The notes beneath the pieces are model-generated. The model worked only from the letters and a program-made list of their open reading frames with translations, made no database searches and was not told the origin of the DNA. Shown in pieces: positions 1 to 9,705 of a DNA stretch of 64,000 nucleotides. The stretch covers positions 1-64,000 of the forward strand of contig JAAILG010000149.1 in NCBI GenBank assembly GCA_012026655.1, read 5' to 3'. Made by a program: the position numbers and the translations under genes. Position 1 is the first letter of the stretch; each line of letters opens with the position of its first letter. This DNA comes from Hydrolagus affinis (lineage: Eukaryota).

Positions 1-57
1 TTTCAGGAACATCCAGGAAACTGAGATTCAATAGTAACCCCATCTCCAGCTGGGTGG

Positions 58-213
58 GACAGAGAGACAGACAGAGAGACAGAGAGGAGGGAGGGATAGA
101 GACAGAGAGGGAGGAGGGAGGGATAGAGACAGAGAGGGAGGAGGGGGGGATAGAGAGAGGGATAGAGACAGGGAGAGAGAGAGGGAGAGACAGGGAGGGG
201 GGAGAGAGGAGAG
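58..213 (+). repeat. GA-rich purine tandem repeat directly upstream of the GPX ATG
   Basis: Repeated GAGAGGGAGGAGGGAGGGATAGAGACA-like units. Confidence 0.85.
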
Positions 214-435
214 ATGGCCAAATCCAAAACATTGTATGGATTCTCCACCAAACGTTTGAATGGCAAAACCCTGAAACTCTCCACCTTCAAGGGGAAAGTG
301 CTTCTGATCGAAAACGTGGCGTCTTTTTGAGGAACCACCGACAGAGACTATGCCCAGATGAATGAACTGCAGAGTCGCTATGGCAAGGAAGGCTTCACGA
401 TTCTGGGATTTCCCTGCAATCAGTTTGGTTACCAG
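214..435 (+). CDS. gpx1: GPX coding exon 1 (contains Sec UGA 328-330)
   Basis: ATG at 214, TGA is codon 39 in the NVASF-U-GTT context, donor CAG|GTAGG at 435/436. The ORF track misses it because of the UGA. Confidence 0.93.
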
Positions 436-2013
436 GTAGGACTGACTCCTATCCCACCCCCACCCCACACACACACACACACAGACAGTAAATATGGAAT
501 ATACTGACTCTGTGTGAAATCACACTCTTCTATACAGTATTTTTCCGCCTGCTCTCATCGATTTTATTTGTAATAGTTTTTGCTGGTATCAGGTCCCACA
601 GGTAGTGTAAATTATCCTGCAATAATCAGTCCTTGTAAAGCTATTTTATAAGTAAAAGCAAACTTTACATAGACATCCGTGACTGATAATGTCTCTTCAA
701 ATCTCTCTCCTGCGTTGTTATCAAAGGTTTGCAGAAATTACATTTTTTTAAATGACCCAGAGGCAGGTTTTTTTTCACAGTAATTGGGTTTAAAAGAACT
801 CTTAACTGACAAACGACTTTTTTTTCTCCCCCAGTTATAATTTCTCAAGTTGGCCAATAGACAGGGTTTTTCTTGTGAGTGAGGGAGTTTCTGTGCCAAG
901 TGTTGTCCTTTTGGTTAATGAAATAAATTGCCTCTGAGAGAATCCCTGCTTTTTTTAAAAAAAATGGTTCCTGCCTTAGAACCCCTGATATTGAACTCTT
1001 ATAAACGATGGGGAGGATGTGGGTGATAAAATAAAATGACCCTGTCATGTACCAAACTATGTACTGTGTCCCAAGATATCTTTACGCAAAGAAATCTTAT
1101 CTAATTAGCTTTCTTCTAAAAGCAAATTAGATTCATTTTAGGAAATAATATGTAGTTTAGGACAAGCCTCTGAGACGCCGTCCGGCGTGGAGAGCGCTAT
1201 ATACATCAAAGTTGTTGTCATTGTTGACATGGCATGTTGGTGCGACGGCCAGGCCGGTGGAAGGCGAACTGGATTGACTTTGGTCTTCTTTGGTCTATCA
1301 ATTCTTACGTTCTTGTGATCAGGATTTTGAAATGAAATAATAATATTAGTAAAAAAAAAGCAACATTTCATATCCTTTATAAGCCTGGAAAATAATTGAT
1401 GCTCTTTCAGTAAGGTTCAATAGCAGTTTGCAATTATGCCCAAAATTACATTGCATACACAATATTATTATTACATACAGTAGTATTAGATATATATATA
1501 CTAATATATAATAATATATCATTATTAAGTGTGCAGTTTTAATGGATATCCTATAAAAAGAATAAGTTGCAGATCAGTGGTGGTAGCTTTTTGAAGGCTA
1601 GTCAAAGAAAATGTAAGTAAATAGGATGATGTTATGTAACTGACTTTGATATATTGGTTTCATAGGAAAATTTATTTAATGAGGAAATTCTTAACACATT
1701 GAAGTATGTGCGTCCAGGCAAAGGATTTGTGCCAAATTTCCAGCTCACTCGAAAGCTTGACGTCAACGGAGACACAGAAGATCCTATTTTTACGTTTCTG
1801 AAAACGAAGCTGCCTCATCCTGTAGATGATCCAAACTTGCTGATAGATCAAAGTAACTTTATTATTTGGAATCCAGTTTGTCGGAATGACATAAGTTGGA
1901 ATTTCGAGAAATTTCTTATTGGCCACGACGGAGAACCATACAAACGCTACAGCCATAACTACTTAACCATTGATCTCGCAGAAGACATCGAATTTCTACT
2001 ACAAAAGGTCTAA
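214..2013 (+). CDS. gpx1: Selenoprotein glutathione peroxidase, GPX1/GPX2 type (exons 214-435 and 1666-2013; 189 aa; Sec39)
   Basis: Manual translation gives [74 protein letters not shown]|[27 protein letters not shown]...[50 protein letters not shown]. The GPx motifs NVASx[10 protein letters not shown] and WNFEKF are present, with catalytic Sec/Gln/Trp/Asn. The phase-0 intron GT(436)..AG(1665) is at the GPX1/GPX2 position. Orthology to GPX1 versus a paralog is uncertain. Confidence 0.93.
1666..2013 (+). CDS. gpx1: GPX coding exon 2
   Basis: Acceptor tttcatag|GAA; overlaps track ORF 1699..2013; ends TAA TAA. Confidence 0.93.
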   Translation, partial: ENLFNEEILNTLKYVRPGKGFVPNFQLTRKLDVNGDTEDPIFTFLKTKLPHPVDDPNLLIDQSNFIIWNPVCRNDISWNFEKFLIGHDGEPYKRYSHNYLTIDLAEDIEFLLQKV

Positions 2014-2565
2014 TAACGGTTCATCATCTAAAATTCAAATATGCTAAACATTATATTTTGCAGAGATTAGCCATTGTTTTTCCCTGGTTCGATTGTGTGG
2101 TGGTGATTTTTAAAAATGTTTCTCTTAAAGAACATTCAGAATGGTGTCAGTGACATGCTCTGCCAAATCCTTTAGCTGCTTAAACTCCAGCTGAACACCG
2201 AGGCTTCAAGCCTTGGCTCTCGCCAACCTCTCGCCAAATAATCTTCAGAATTGGATAAATACTGTAGTTTATTTGCCTCCAGGGAATGCACAATCCAGTC
2301 CAGACACTGGGATGTTTCCATGAATAGGCAGCACACGTCTGTGGATCTCTCAGACTAATTTGAAAGTTCCTACTCTTTGATTACTTTAGTAATAGTGGGT
2401 GGACTACTTATACATGTATCCAACACCTGGCTAACCAAATAAAAATATTGAAGAAAATGCTTATGGGTGACTAGCAACAGCTAATGTAATGTAGGTATGT
2501 GAAATCAAGATTAACTGTAGTGTATTCTGTATACTATTCTAATGAATCTGTTATCTTTTTTTTAG

Positions 2566-2673
2566 AAAGAATCTTCTCCTGCAGGTAAACGGCGTAAGTG
2601 CTCTCCAACTAAACGTTCTTCAAGTAAAAGTTCTTCAAATAAATACAAGAGAAAAAAAATGCAAGAAAGATAA
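2566..2673 (+). CDS. Candidate alternative terminal GPX exon encoding a basic NLS-like tail (KESSPAGKRRKCSPTKRSSSKSSSNKYKRKKMQER*)
   Basis: Branch-like CTAAT, poly-T tract and AG at 2564-2565. The phase-0 ORF matches a potential donor AAG|GTCTAA at 2007/2008, and the SECIS follows about 50 nt after its stop. The donor is weak and no transcript data are available. Confidence 0.5.
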   Translation, partial: KESSPAGKRRKCSPTKRSSSKSSSNKYKRKKMQER

Positions 2674-2722
2674 TCTCGTTGATCGTGAAGTTCCCTAATG
2701 TGGACTAGAAGTTGTCGGCTAA

Positions 2723-2799
2723 AGTTGGATATTTTACGTATGATGGTACTCTTTGAAAGATTTACTGAAGTGTACTTGATAACCTGTAAAAATCTAACT
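2723..2799 (+). promoter_or_regulatory. SECIS element (type I) of the GPX mRNA
   Basis: AUGAU core at 2740-2744; helix II GGUACUCUUUG/UGAAGUGUACU; apical loop starting AAA (2756-2758); 3' UGAU at 2777-2780; helix I AGUUGGAUAUUUUAC/GUAAAAAUCUAACU. Confidence 0.9.
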
Positions 2800-2831
2800 G
2801 CATGCTGGATATGACTCACTTTTTGTTCGTA

Positions 2832-2853
2832 AATAAATTCTTTGAGGAATAAA
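2832..2853 (+). terminator. Tandem AATAAA polyadenylation signals of GPX
   Basis: AATAAA at 2832-2837 and 2848-2853, just downstream of the SECIS. Confidence 0.65.
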
Positions 2854-3808
2854 TGGCTGGAATACTTATTAGAAGAAGTTTGGCTGAGGCTATTTTACAA
2901 AATCTCCAGTGACTCACTTAAAAAAATACTTTGTATTTATGGCACAGGATAGATGGTGTATTTATCAAAACTTTGTGTCCTGTCAAGTAGTGAAGTGTAT
3001 TGCAAAATGATATTGGATAAGTTACCTTACGCTCAGCCTATATAGTTTTACTAACAAATTAATTCAGTAACTTTGACATAAAAATGTTAGGTATTTTTTA
3101 AATTGCCACCAAAGTTCAGCATATCACTGAAGAATAACAACAACAAAATTATATTTGTATAGCGCATTTCATGTTGGGAGAACGTCCCTCAGTGTTATCA
3201 ATAATTGCTTGGGATAAAATAAAAGTACAGTAGCAATGTCTTGTCATTGTGACAAACCTGTGCATCAGACAAGATATATATTGCACATAGTTAGCGACTT
3301 CAGGAAGGTACTGGTTTTCTTTCAAATGTTATTGAAATCACACTCATATTTCATGATGGGATCTTAACATATGCCTGTTATTGCATTGTGTGCTTGGTGC
3401 TGAATGTATACTAACGAACAGACAAATCCATTCTATTTATTTTATTTGGCTTATTGCCATGTCATATATGCAATTAATTACAATTTAAATGGTCGAAACT
3501 TCTTTCCTCTTTTAACGTTTTCCCAGCCAGTTTCTCAAACTTTTTTTAAAAAATCAATGAAGGCTATGACGTCTCATACTTGAACCTATCCAAATAAGGC
3601 AAGTTTTATATAAAAATGTAAACACTTTTTTGGGATCTCATAAGTTGTCACGTTCTTATAAAAGCCAACTAAAAGGTTGCAGTTCAAACAGACTTGCTTC
3701 GATTCATGTCCTTTTCATCTCTGAACTGCTCAAATGCATCTCCAGGCTGCCCTATGTATCTGGCATTGGAAGTGACTTCACGTAACCAGTCACTGTTATT
3801 ATATATGG

Positions 3809-4062
3809 CTACGATTTTTTCACCAAGTTATAATCCTCTTCCATGTCCAGTACAATATTGATTAAATTGTCATCCTCTGAGATTCTATACTTCCCAATGT
3901 GTGTTTCTTTCTTTATTGGACTGTACGGTGGCTCTGCAAAGAATAATGCTAAAGTGTCTTCTACAGCTGGGGAACCATCGGATTGATCGGGAGATAGACA
4001 GGATTCATTCACAGGCTCCAGCTTTGCTGCAAGTGCTTCAAGTGTTCGAATACTGGTGCTCT
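3809..4062 (-). CDS. C3orf62: C3orf62 last coding exon
   Basis: Encodes STSIRTLEALAAKLEPVNES...VLDMEEDYNLVKKS*. Confidence 0.85.
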
Positions 4063-7000
4063 CTTCATAAAATACAAGTCAATTGTTAAGAGATAAATTC
4101 CAATACCAAAAAATAATAGCAGAAATAATAGAGCCTACGAAAGTTTAAACAGGTATGAACAGGTATGTTTTCTAGACAGATATAACAATATTTATTATAC
4201 TAATAAGTTCCTAGCTGTAAATAAACAAGGTTTGGGATTTATCATACAACTTTTCCATACGGACTGTCAGTGTAGTCAGGTATTCACAGCGTAACCAAGG
4301 ATGCACCCTCCACTGGGCCAGTCCAGACCCTTGGGGTCTTGTTTGACCCTCAACTATCCTTTCTTACTCTCAACCGTGCCATGACCCACTCTGCCCACCT
4401 CTGCAACATTGCCTGGCTCTGCCATTGTTTCACTCCACAAGCCGCCGAGACTCTGATAAATATATTTATGTGTTCAAAAACCTGGTTCTCACATTCAAAG
4501 CCCTCAATTGCCTTAATTCCTCCTACCTCTGTGACCTGCTAACTCCCTACCAACCTGCTCATGCCCTCTGGTCAGCGTGTTTCACATCCCCCGCCCCACT
4601 ATTGTTGTCCGGGCCTTTGGCTACTTTGCCCCCACTCTCTTGTAAATCCATCCCGCAGTCCCTCTGCCTCGCTTCCTCTATTGCCTCCTTCAAGACCCTT
4701 CTCAAGGCCCTCTTCTTCGATCAAACCCGATCTCCAGCTGACATGACCGGTACTATGCAAATGGAATAATAATAATTCTTGCATTTGATGTAGCGCTTTT
4801 CACATCTTCTAGACATCTCAAAGCGCTTCACAGAATATACTGTAAAGTGAATTGCCGGTATATTTGTGGGCAAAATGCAGCAGCAATTCCCACAAACAGT
4901 CATGGATCGAAGTGACCAATTTATTATTGTGTTAGTTTTTTTGAAGAATTATTATCAGGCATGTGAGATAAGGAAACTTGCCCAAGGTTTTGCACTGCCT
5001 GGAATCAAACCCATAATTTTAATTTTGTTGCTGTTATTAACATTAACACAAGTACTCTAATCCGTATTCTCTGTACTTTCCTTTTGCTTTTCACATTTCT
5101 CCTTTTCAAATATTTATACAGGTCCCTGTTAAATGTTAGGGTCTGAGCCACAATAGCCACAACATTTCATATTCTAATATCCTCTGTACCATGTCCCCGG
5201 CCTCAGTATTATGAGAGAAGATCCTGAGTTGCCATATCGGGTACATAATAATAATCCTTGCATTTGATATAGAACTTTTCAAGTCTTCTAGACATCTCAA
5301 ATCACTTCACAGAATATACTGTAAGGTGAATTGACTGTATTTACTGAATTGATTGTATTGACTACACTATTTGTAGGAAAAATACAGCAGCCAATTGTGC
5401 ACAAATTCAATAAATAACACACTATAAATTTAAATTGGGTAAGAGTTAGATTGGCTATGATCCTATTCCCCTTCCCTCAAATTCAGGAGGCTGACAAATA
5501 TACTAATTTTATTGCACATTCCTACAAGCAAGAATCAGAACCTTTAAAATGGTCTTTTAGCAGCACTTGACTGAAAAATGTCACAAAATTGGTGACCTCA
5601 CAAGGATAATAAAGTAACTCTGTCATTTTCAAACCCAAAGAATATTACTTTTACAGGGGATGGCTGGGGCAGATGAGCATATATCTATGGGGAAGAAATT
5701 AGAAAATAAATTTTAAAAGAATAAAAATATTCTTTGATCCCTAGTCTCCTCATGGTGGGTGTAGTTCTGCAAACCCTAGTTGCCAATTGGCATTGTTCAT
5801 GTATGAGTGTTGACTACAAGTGTCTGCAGAAAACTGTAAAGGTCAGATTACCCATTGAGCATGGCATGGCCTAATGTCTCTCTCTCACTGACAGGGACTC
5901 TGGCACATGAGGATGTGATGCTGATATGACTGTGGCTAGCGCTGGGGTTTGTCCTTTGCCTTGGCTGAGCCGAACTTCAGTACGTGGCCCAATTCTCGCT
6001 GTTTGTGTGTGCGAGAGCCTGAAGCGGGTCATCTCCGTCACCTCATTCCACCGGAAGACCACCAGGTTTTGGGATCCTCCTTCTCTGGATTTATTATCCT
6101 CAAGGCACACTTGATGTGGGACTTGCTGTGGGTGCCTGGGGAAAGGGACAAATAGCGAGAGCAGCCATACCATCTGCTTCCAAACTGGTTTTGCATACCA
6201 ACACTCCAGGAAGAGATGGTCCACGGTCTCCGCGCCTCTGCAGCCGGCCTGAGCGCAGCACTGACTGGTCCAGACCCTGATCATGCATGATAGCCCTGAG
6301 GAGGAGGGCCCTTTTCATTGCCATCCAGGCATGATTGTTAGACAGGGTTGGTGATGAGGCATTCTGTGTGTGTGTATCTGTGTGCGTGTGTAGGTATGTA
6401 TATATGTATATGGGCTCCTAATGAAGATGGAAATGGTTCAACAGCTGAATGGTCCAATATCTTAAGTTCACACATGTGGAATGGCTATGACATGGCTGTG
6501 AGACATTAGATCAATTGGCTAATGGCATCCCTCAACATGAATCATCCTGTAAAAGGAGAGGAAGGAATAAAATAGGTGGAAAAAAAAATGTTTACAAAAT
6601 CGCTGAAAATATTTTTGCAGATTTTCTCCTCTTCTGAAAAATTAAGACACTGGGACATTAAACCCTCAAGACCAAAAGATTGTAAGTTTGATTTGTGTTC
6701 TGTGTTAGCTGATTTGGGCTTGTTTGACAGTAGATGGTTGATAACTGACCTTTGCACCTCCTGCACTAGAGAAGGGTAACGTAAAACTACACAAACCTTT
6801 CAAGCTCAATTTATATTATAGAACTGTAATAAATTATGTTGCATTCTTGTAAAACATCTACCACCCTTCTTGTATTTGTAGCTATTTTTGAATGTTGGAG
6901 TGTTTTTATAAATCACAGTTACCTATAATTTCTAGAAGATTCTTTGTTAATTCTTCACAGGAATTGCTTGGAGAACAATTTCCCTGTGCTTCTAGACATG

Positions 7001-7566
7001 GATTAATGTTGGTTTCTTGGTTAGGACTTCTGCAGAAAGGGGAAATGCATTAATTTGTTTTTTATATTTCTTAAGATTAAAGTTGTATTAAGAAATTAAT
7101 TTGAATTGGGGCAGGAAATGTGCAAAATTCCTAGCCTAATTAATTTATACCTGATGTACTCTCCTGTAAAATTATCTGTGTGTTCACAACCATTCTCAAA
7201 GGAAACATCAGGTACTGGGATAGTGGTGTTAACCACAAAGCTCTCCTCATTCCCAAAAATAAGATGCTTTACTTTAAATGAAATGCTATTGGAATCCATC
7301 AAGGCAAGCTCTGCAGGTACACAGTAATAAGGACCTCTCTCAGAAAATACTTGCAGAACTGGCTGAGCGAGATGTGGAGAGTTGAAAGGTGGGTATATTC
7401 TAGCAATGGAATGGTTGATGAATGCACCAGTGTTTGGTTGAAGCGGTCTTACTGATTCAAACCATTCAGAATCTGAAGAAAACATAGGGGAAGCAATGTT
7501 GTCCTCAAAGGCTCGATCCAGAGCCATTGCAAGATCCTCCCTGCACTGCCTCAGTTTCTCAGACAT
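3809..7566 (-). CDS. C3orf62: C3orf62 / MAPS homolog (exons 7566-7151, 7029-6923, 4062-3809; 258 aa)
   Basis: The N-terminus MSEKLRQCREDLAMALDRAFE resembles human C3orf62 [21 protein letters not shown]. The exon 2/3 junction SNSCEELTKNLLEII-ESTSIRTLEALAAKLE and the C-terminal DDNLINIVLDMEEDYN match its conserved blocks (human sequence recalled, not searched). Lengths 416+107+254 = 777 nt, phases 2 and 1 are consistent, and it lies next to USP4 as in human. Confidence 0.88.
4300..4745 (+). mobile_element. L2-clade LINE fragment
   Basis: FDPQLSF, HLCNIA, LVLTFKAL and SFKTLLK motifs. Confidence 0.8.
4766..5013 (-). mobile_element. SINE, same family
   Basis: Matches tail and body. Confidence 0.8.
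5960..6340 (-). mobile_element. L1/Tx1-clade LINE fragment (zf-RVT C-terminal domain)
   Basis: C...C..AETVDHLFLECWYAKPVW motif, typical of the zinc-binding region after L1/Tx1 RT. Confidence 0.7.
6923..7029 (-). CDS. C3orf62: C3orf62 coding exon 2
   Basis: Flanked by cccctttctgcag| and |GTAACT; encodes SPNQETNINPCLEAQGNCSPSNSCEELTKNLLEII. Confidence 0.85.
7151..7566 (-). CDS. C3orf62: C3orf62 coding exon 1
   Basis: Acceptor ttctctgcag lies 9 nt upstream of the ATG; donor CAG|GTATAA. Confidence 0.88.
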
Positions 7567-8461
7567 TTTATTTCACTGCAGAGAAAGAAGAATCCAGATT
7601 GGTACTAAACATTAGAATGCTCTATACACATTTAAAATAATTGGGAACATCAAAATTTATAATAATAATATTTGCATTTGATATCATGACATTGAGACCT
7701 TTCAAAGCGCTTCACAAAATATACTGTAAAGTGGATGGAAACGCCCACAAAATATATTTGTTCATAACATTTAAAATATTCTCACCGCTATAACACAAAC
7801 TAGGAACATACAGCATAAATATGCTTACAGGTCTGATTTGTAAGAACTCCTGGTAATGCAGTTTTAGATTCTTAGAAACGTCCATTGATCTGAATCAATG
7901 CAGTGACATTGAAATCAACATATACCAATGTGAAAATATTGTTAAAGATCCTGCTAAAAACAAGTGACCTTAATTATTGAGATTGCATCATTTCCCCACA
8001 TCTTCATCTTTGGTTCCTCTTTTGTGACTCCTTCCAGTTTAAACTCCAGATGTGTGGCTTTAAACAAACCTACTAACTAGTGGTGAGAATATTATCAACT
8101 GAACCAAGACACTAAATAATAAAAAGTTAAAATAAAAAGCAGACAATTGAGTTGAAAGGTGGCAAAATGGCATACCAGTGTGACAATAACTAACATTTTT
8201 AATGTTTTATTTTTAAATTATGTTTTAGTATATATTTGAGTGGTTTTGGGGGTAATCAACAACTCAATCAAGTTATTCCTGATATCTAGGTGGCTGCGTT
8301 AATGCAAAATTCCCATTCCCCCACCCTCCCCTTGTCCTCCACCTGTTGATTCCAAACCCAGCTCTGGTGCAAAATCCTTGATAGTCCAGCGCCTTGAGAT
8401 GTCCTCCTGACGTGAAAGGAAAAAAATTATAATAATTGAATCAATCAATCAAAAAAAGATA

Positions 8462-8633
8462 ATTGGGTCACTCAGTCCACGACGGTTTGTGGGGAACGCT
8501 GCTGTGCGCAATTGGCTACCGCATTTCGCCCACAGATATACAGTCGGTTCACTTTACAGTACATTCTGTGAAGCCCTTTGGGACGTCTAGAAGACGTGAA
8601 AAGCGCTATATCAAATGCAAGGGTTATTATTAT
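8462..8633 (+). mobile_element. SINE 3' half, same family
   Basis: Matches body and tail. Confidence 0.8.
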
Positions 8634-8749
8634 TTCGTGACGGGCATTGAGACGTCTCAACAATGTAGCAAGTCATCACATCAAATGCAAGGATCACTAT
8701 TATTACAATAAATTAAAGTTGCTGCTATTGTTGTTGTAGGACCTAAAGT

Positions 8750-9705
8750 GGGGACTGGAATCAAGGGCGAGAAGTGGGGCGGTGCCACTGGCCCTTTAAC
8801 CCCTTGTTGGTGGGAGGGGGGGGGGGGGCATTGTTCCGGCTGTCACGGCGCCCCCTGCTGGAGGAGCTGTGTGTGTGCAGGGCAGGACTGGGCTGCTCAC
8901 TCACGCGAGGGCCGCACAAACCCGCCCAATGCGTGAAACAAAAGGCTTTTCGGGCGGTGCCTAATTTACTTGAAATTATCATTTTTATTTTTTGTTAAAC
9001 TTGGTAAATTTCACTCCACCCCCTTGCCCCCCCGCCCGCCTGAAAGCCCGTTCCTTACACAGTTTCAAACTAAACCTAAATGGGCCGATTTGCTGCTATG
9101 TGGGGGGGAAGGAACGGTTAATATTGGGCTACATTTTGGGCGGATTTGGGGCTACGAACGGCTGTTTAATTTGGGCGCGGCTCGAAGTTCACAAACACAG
9201 AGAAAACAAATGGCTGCTGGAGGATGAGAGAGGGCGGCCGCGGTGTCTTGGGAGGGAGAGGGGGGAGAATTGGGGTACAAAAGTGGGTTAATGACAAGTG
9301 GCTAAGCCGGGGGGGGGAAGGGGGAGTCTGTGCTCCCCCCCCCCCACCGCCGCGGTCACTGGTAGAAGCCGTTATAGGTGTTTATCACACACACACACAG
9401 CGTCAAACTGGTTTGAATTCAAATAGTGATGGGAATGACCCAGAGGCCCCTGGCTGGCGGGGGGAGGGGGGAGAACCGCTGACATGTCGGCGATGAAGAA
9501 GTTTACTGTGGTCCCTGGTGCAGCCTGTGAGCCGGAGCCGCCGCCTTACCCGTCGCCTGATCAGGTCACAGCTCGCGCTCCCACAGCCTTTCAACCGCAG
9601 CTCGTCAGCGGCTCCAGCTCGAGGCGGTAACGGCCGTTGACCACCTCGCGGTGGAGCCGCTCACGAGCCACCCGCCAACCGCCCCCCAGCACGAGGGGAG
9701 GGACA
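8750..9705 (-). promoter_or_regulatory. CpG island and probable promoter plus non-coding first exon of C3orf62
   Basis: GC/CpG-rich island in an AT-rich background; minus-strand donor GACGG|GTAAGG at 9550/9549; GC boxes. Confidence 0.7.

Noticed and set aside
328-330. In-frame TGA as evidence that the GPX is a pseudogene
   Set aside because: It is at the catalytic Sec position, the rest of the frame is intact, and a canonical SECIS lies downstream.
3-480. Track ORFs 3..338, 28..480 and 54..365
   Set aside because: They are products of the GA repeat and of off-frame or antisense reading of GPX exon 1.
2150-2200. Alternative SECIS candidate GTGA-N11-AAA
   Set aside because: The spacing fits, but no 3' strand pairs to form helix II ahead of a GA quartet.
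6542-6766. Minus-strand ORF as the C3orf62 middle exon
   Set aside because: Its phase is incompatible with the phase-2 donor at 7151; exon 6923-7029 fits both phases and the homology.
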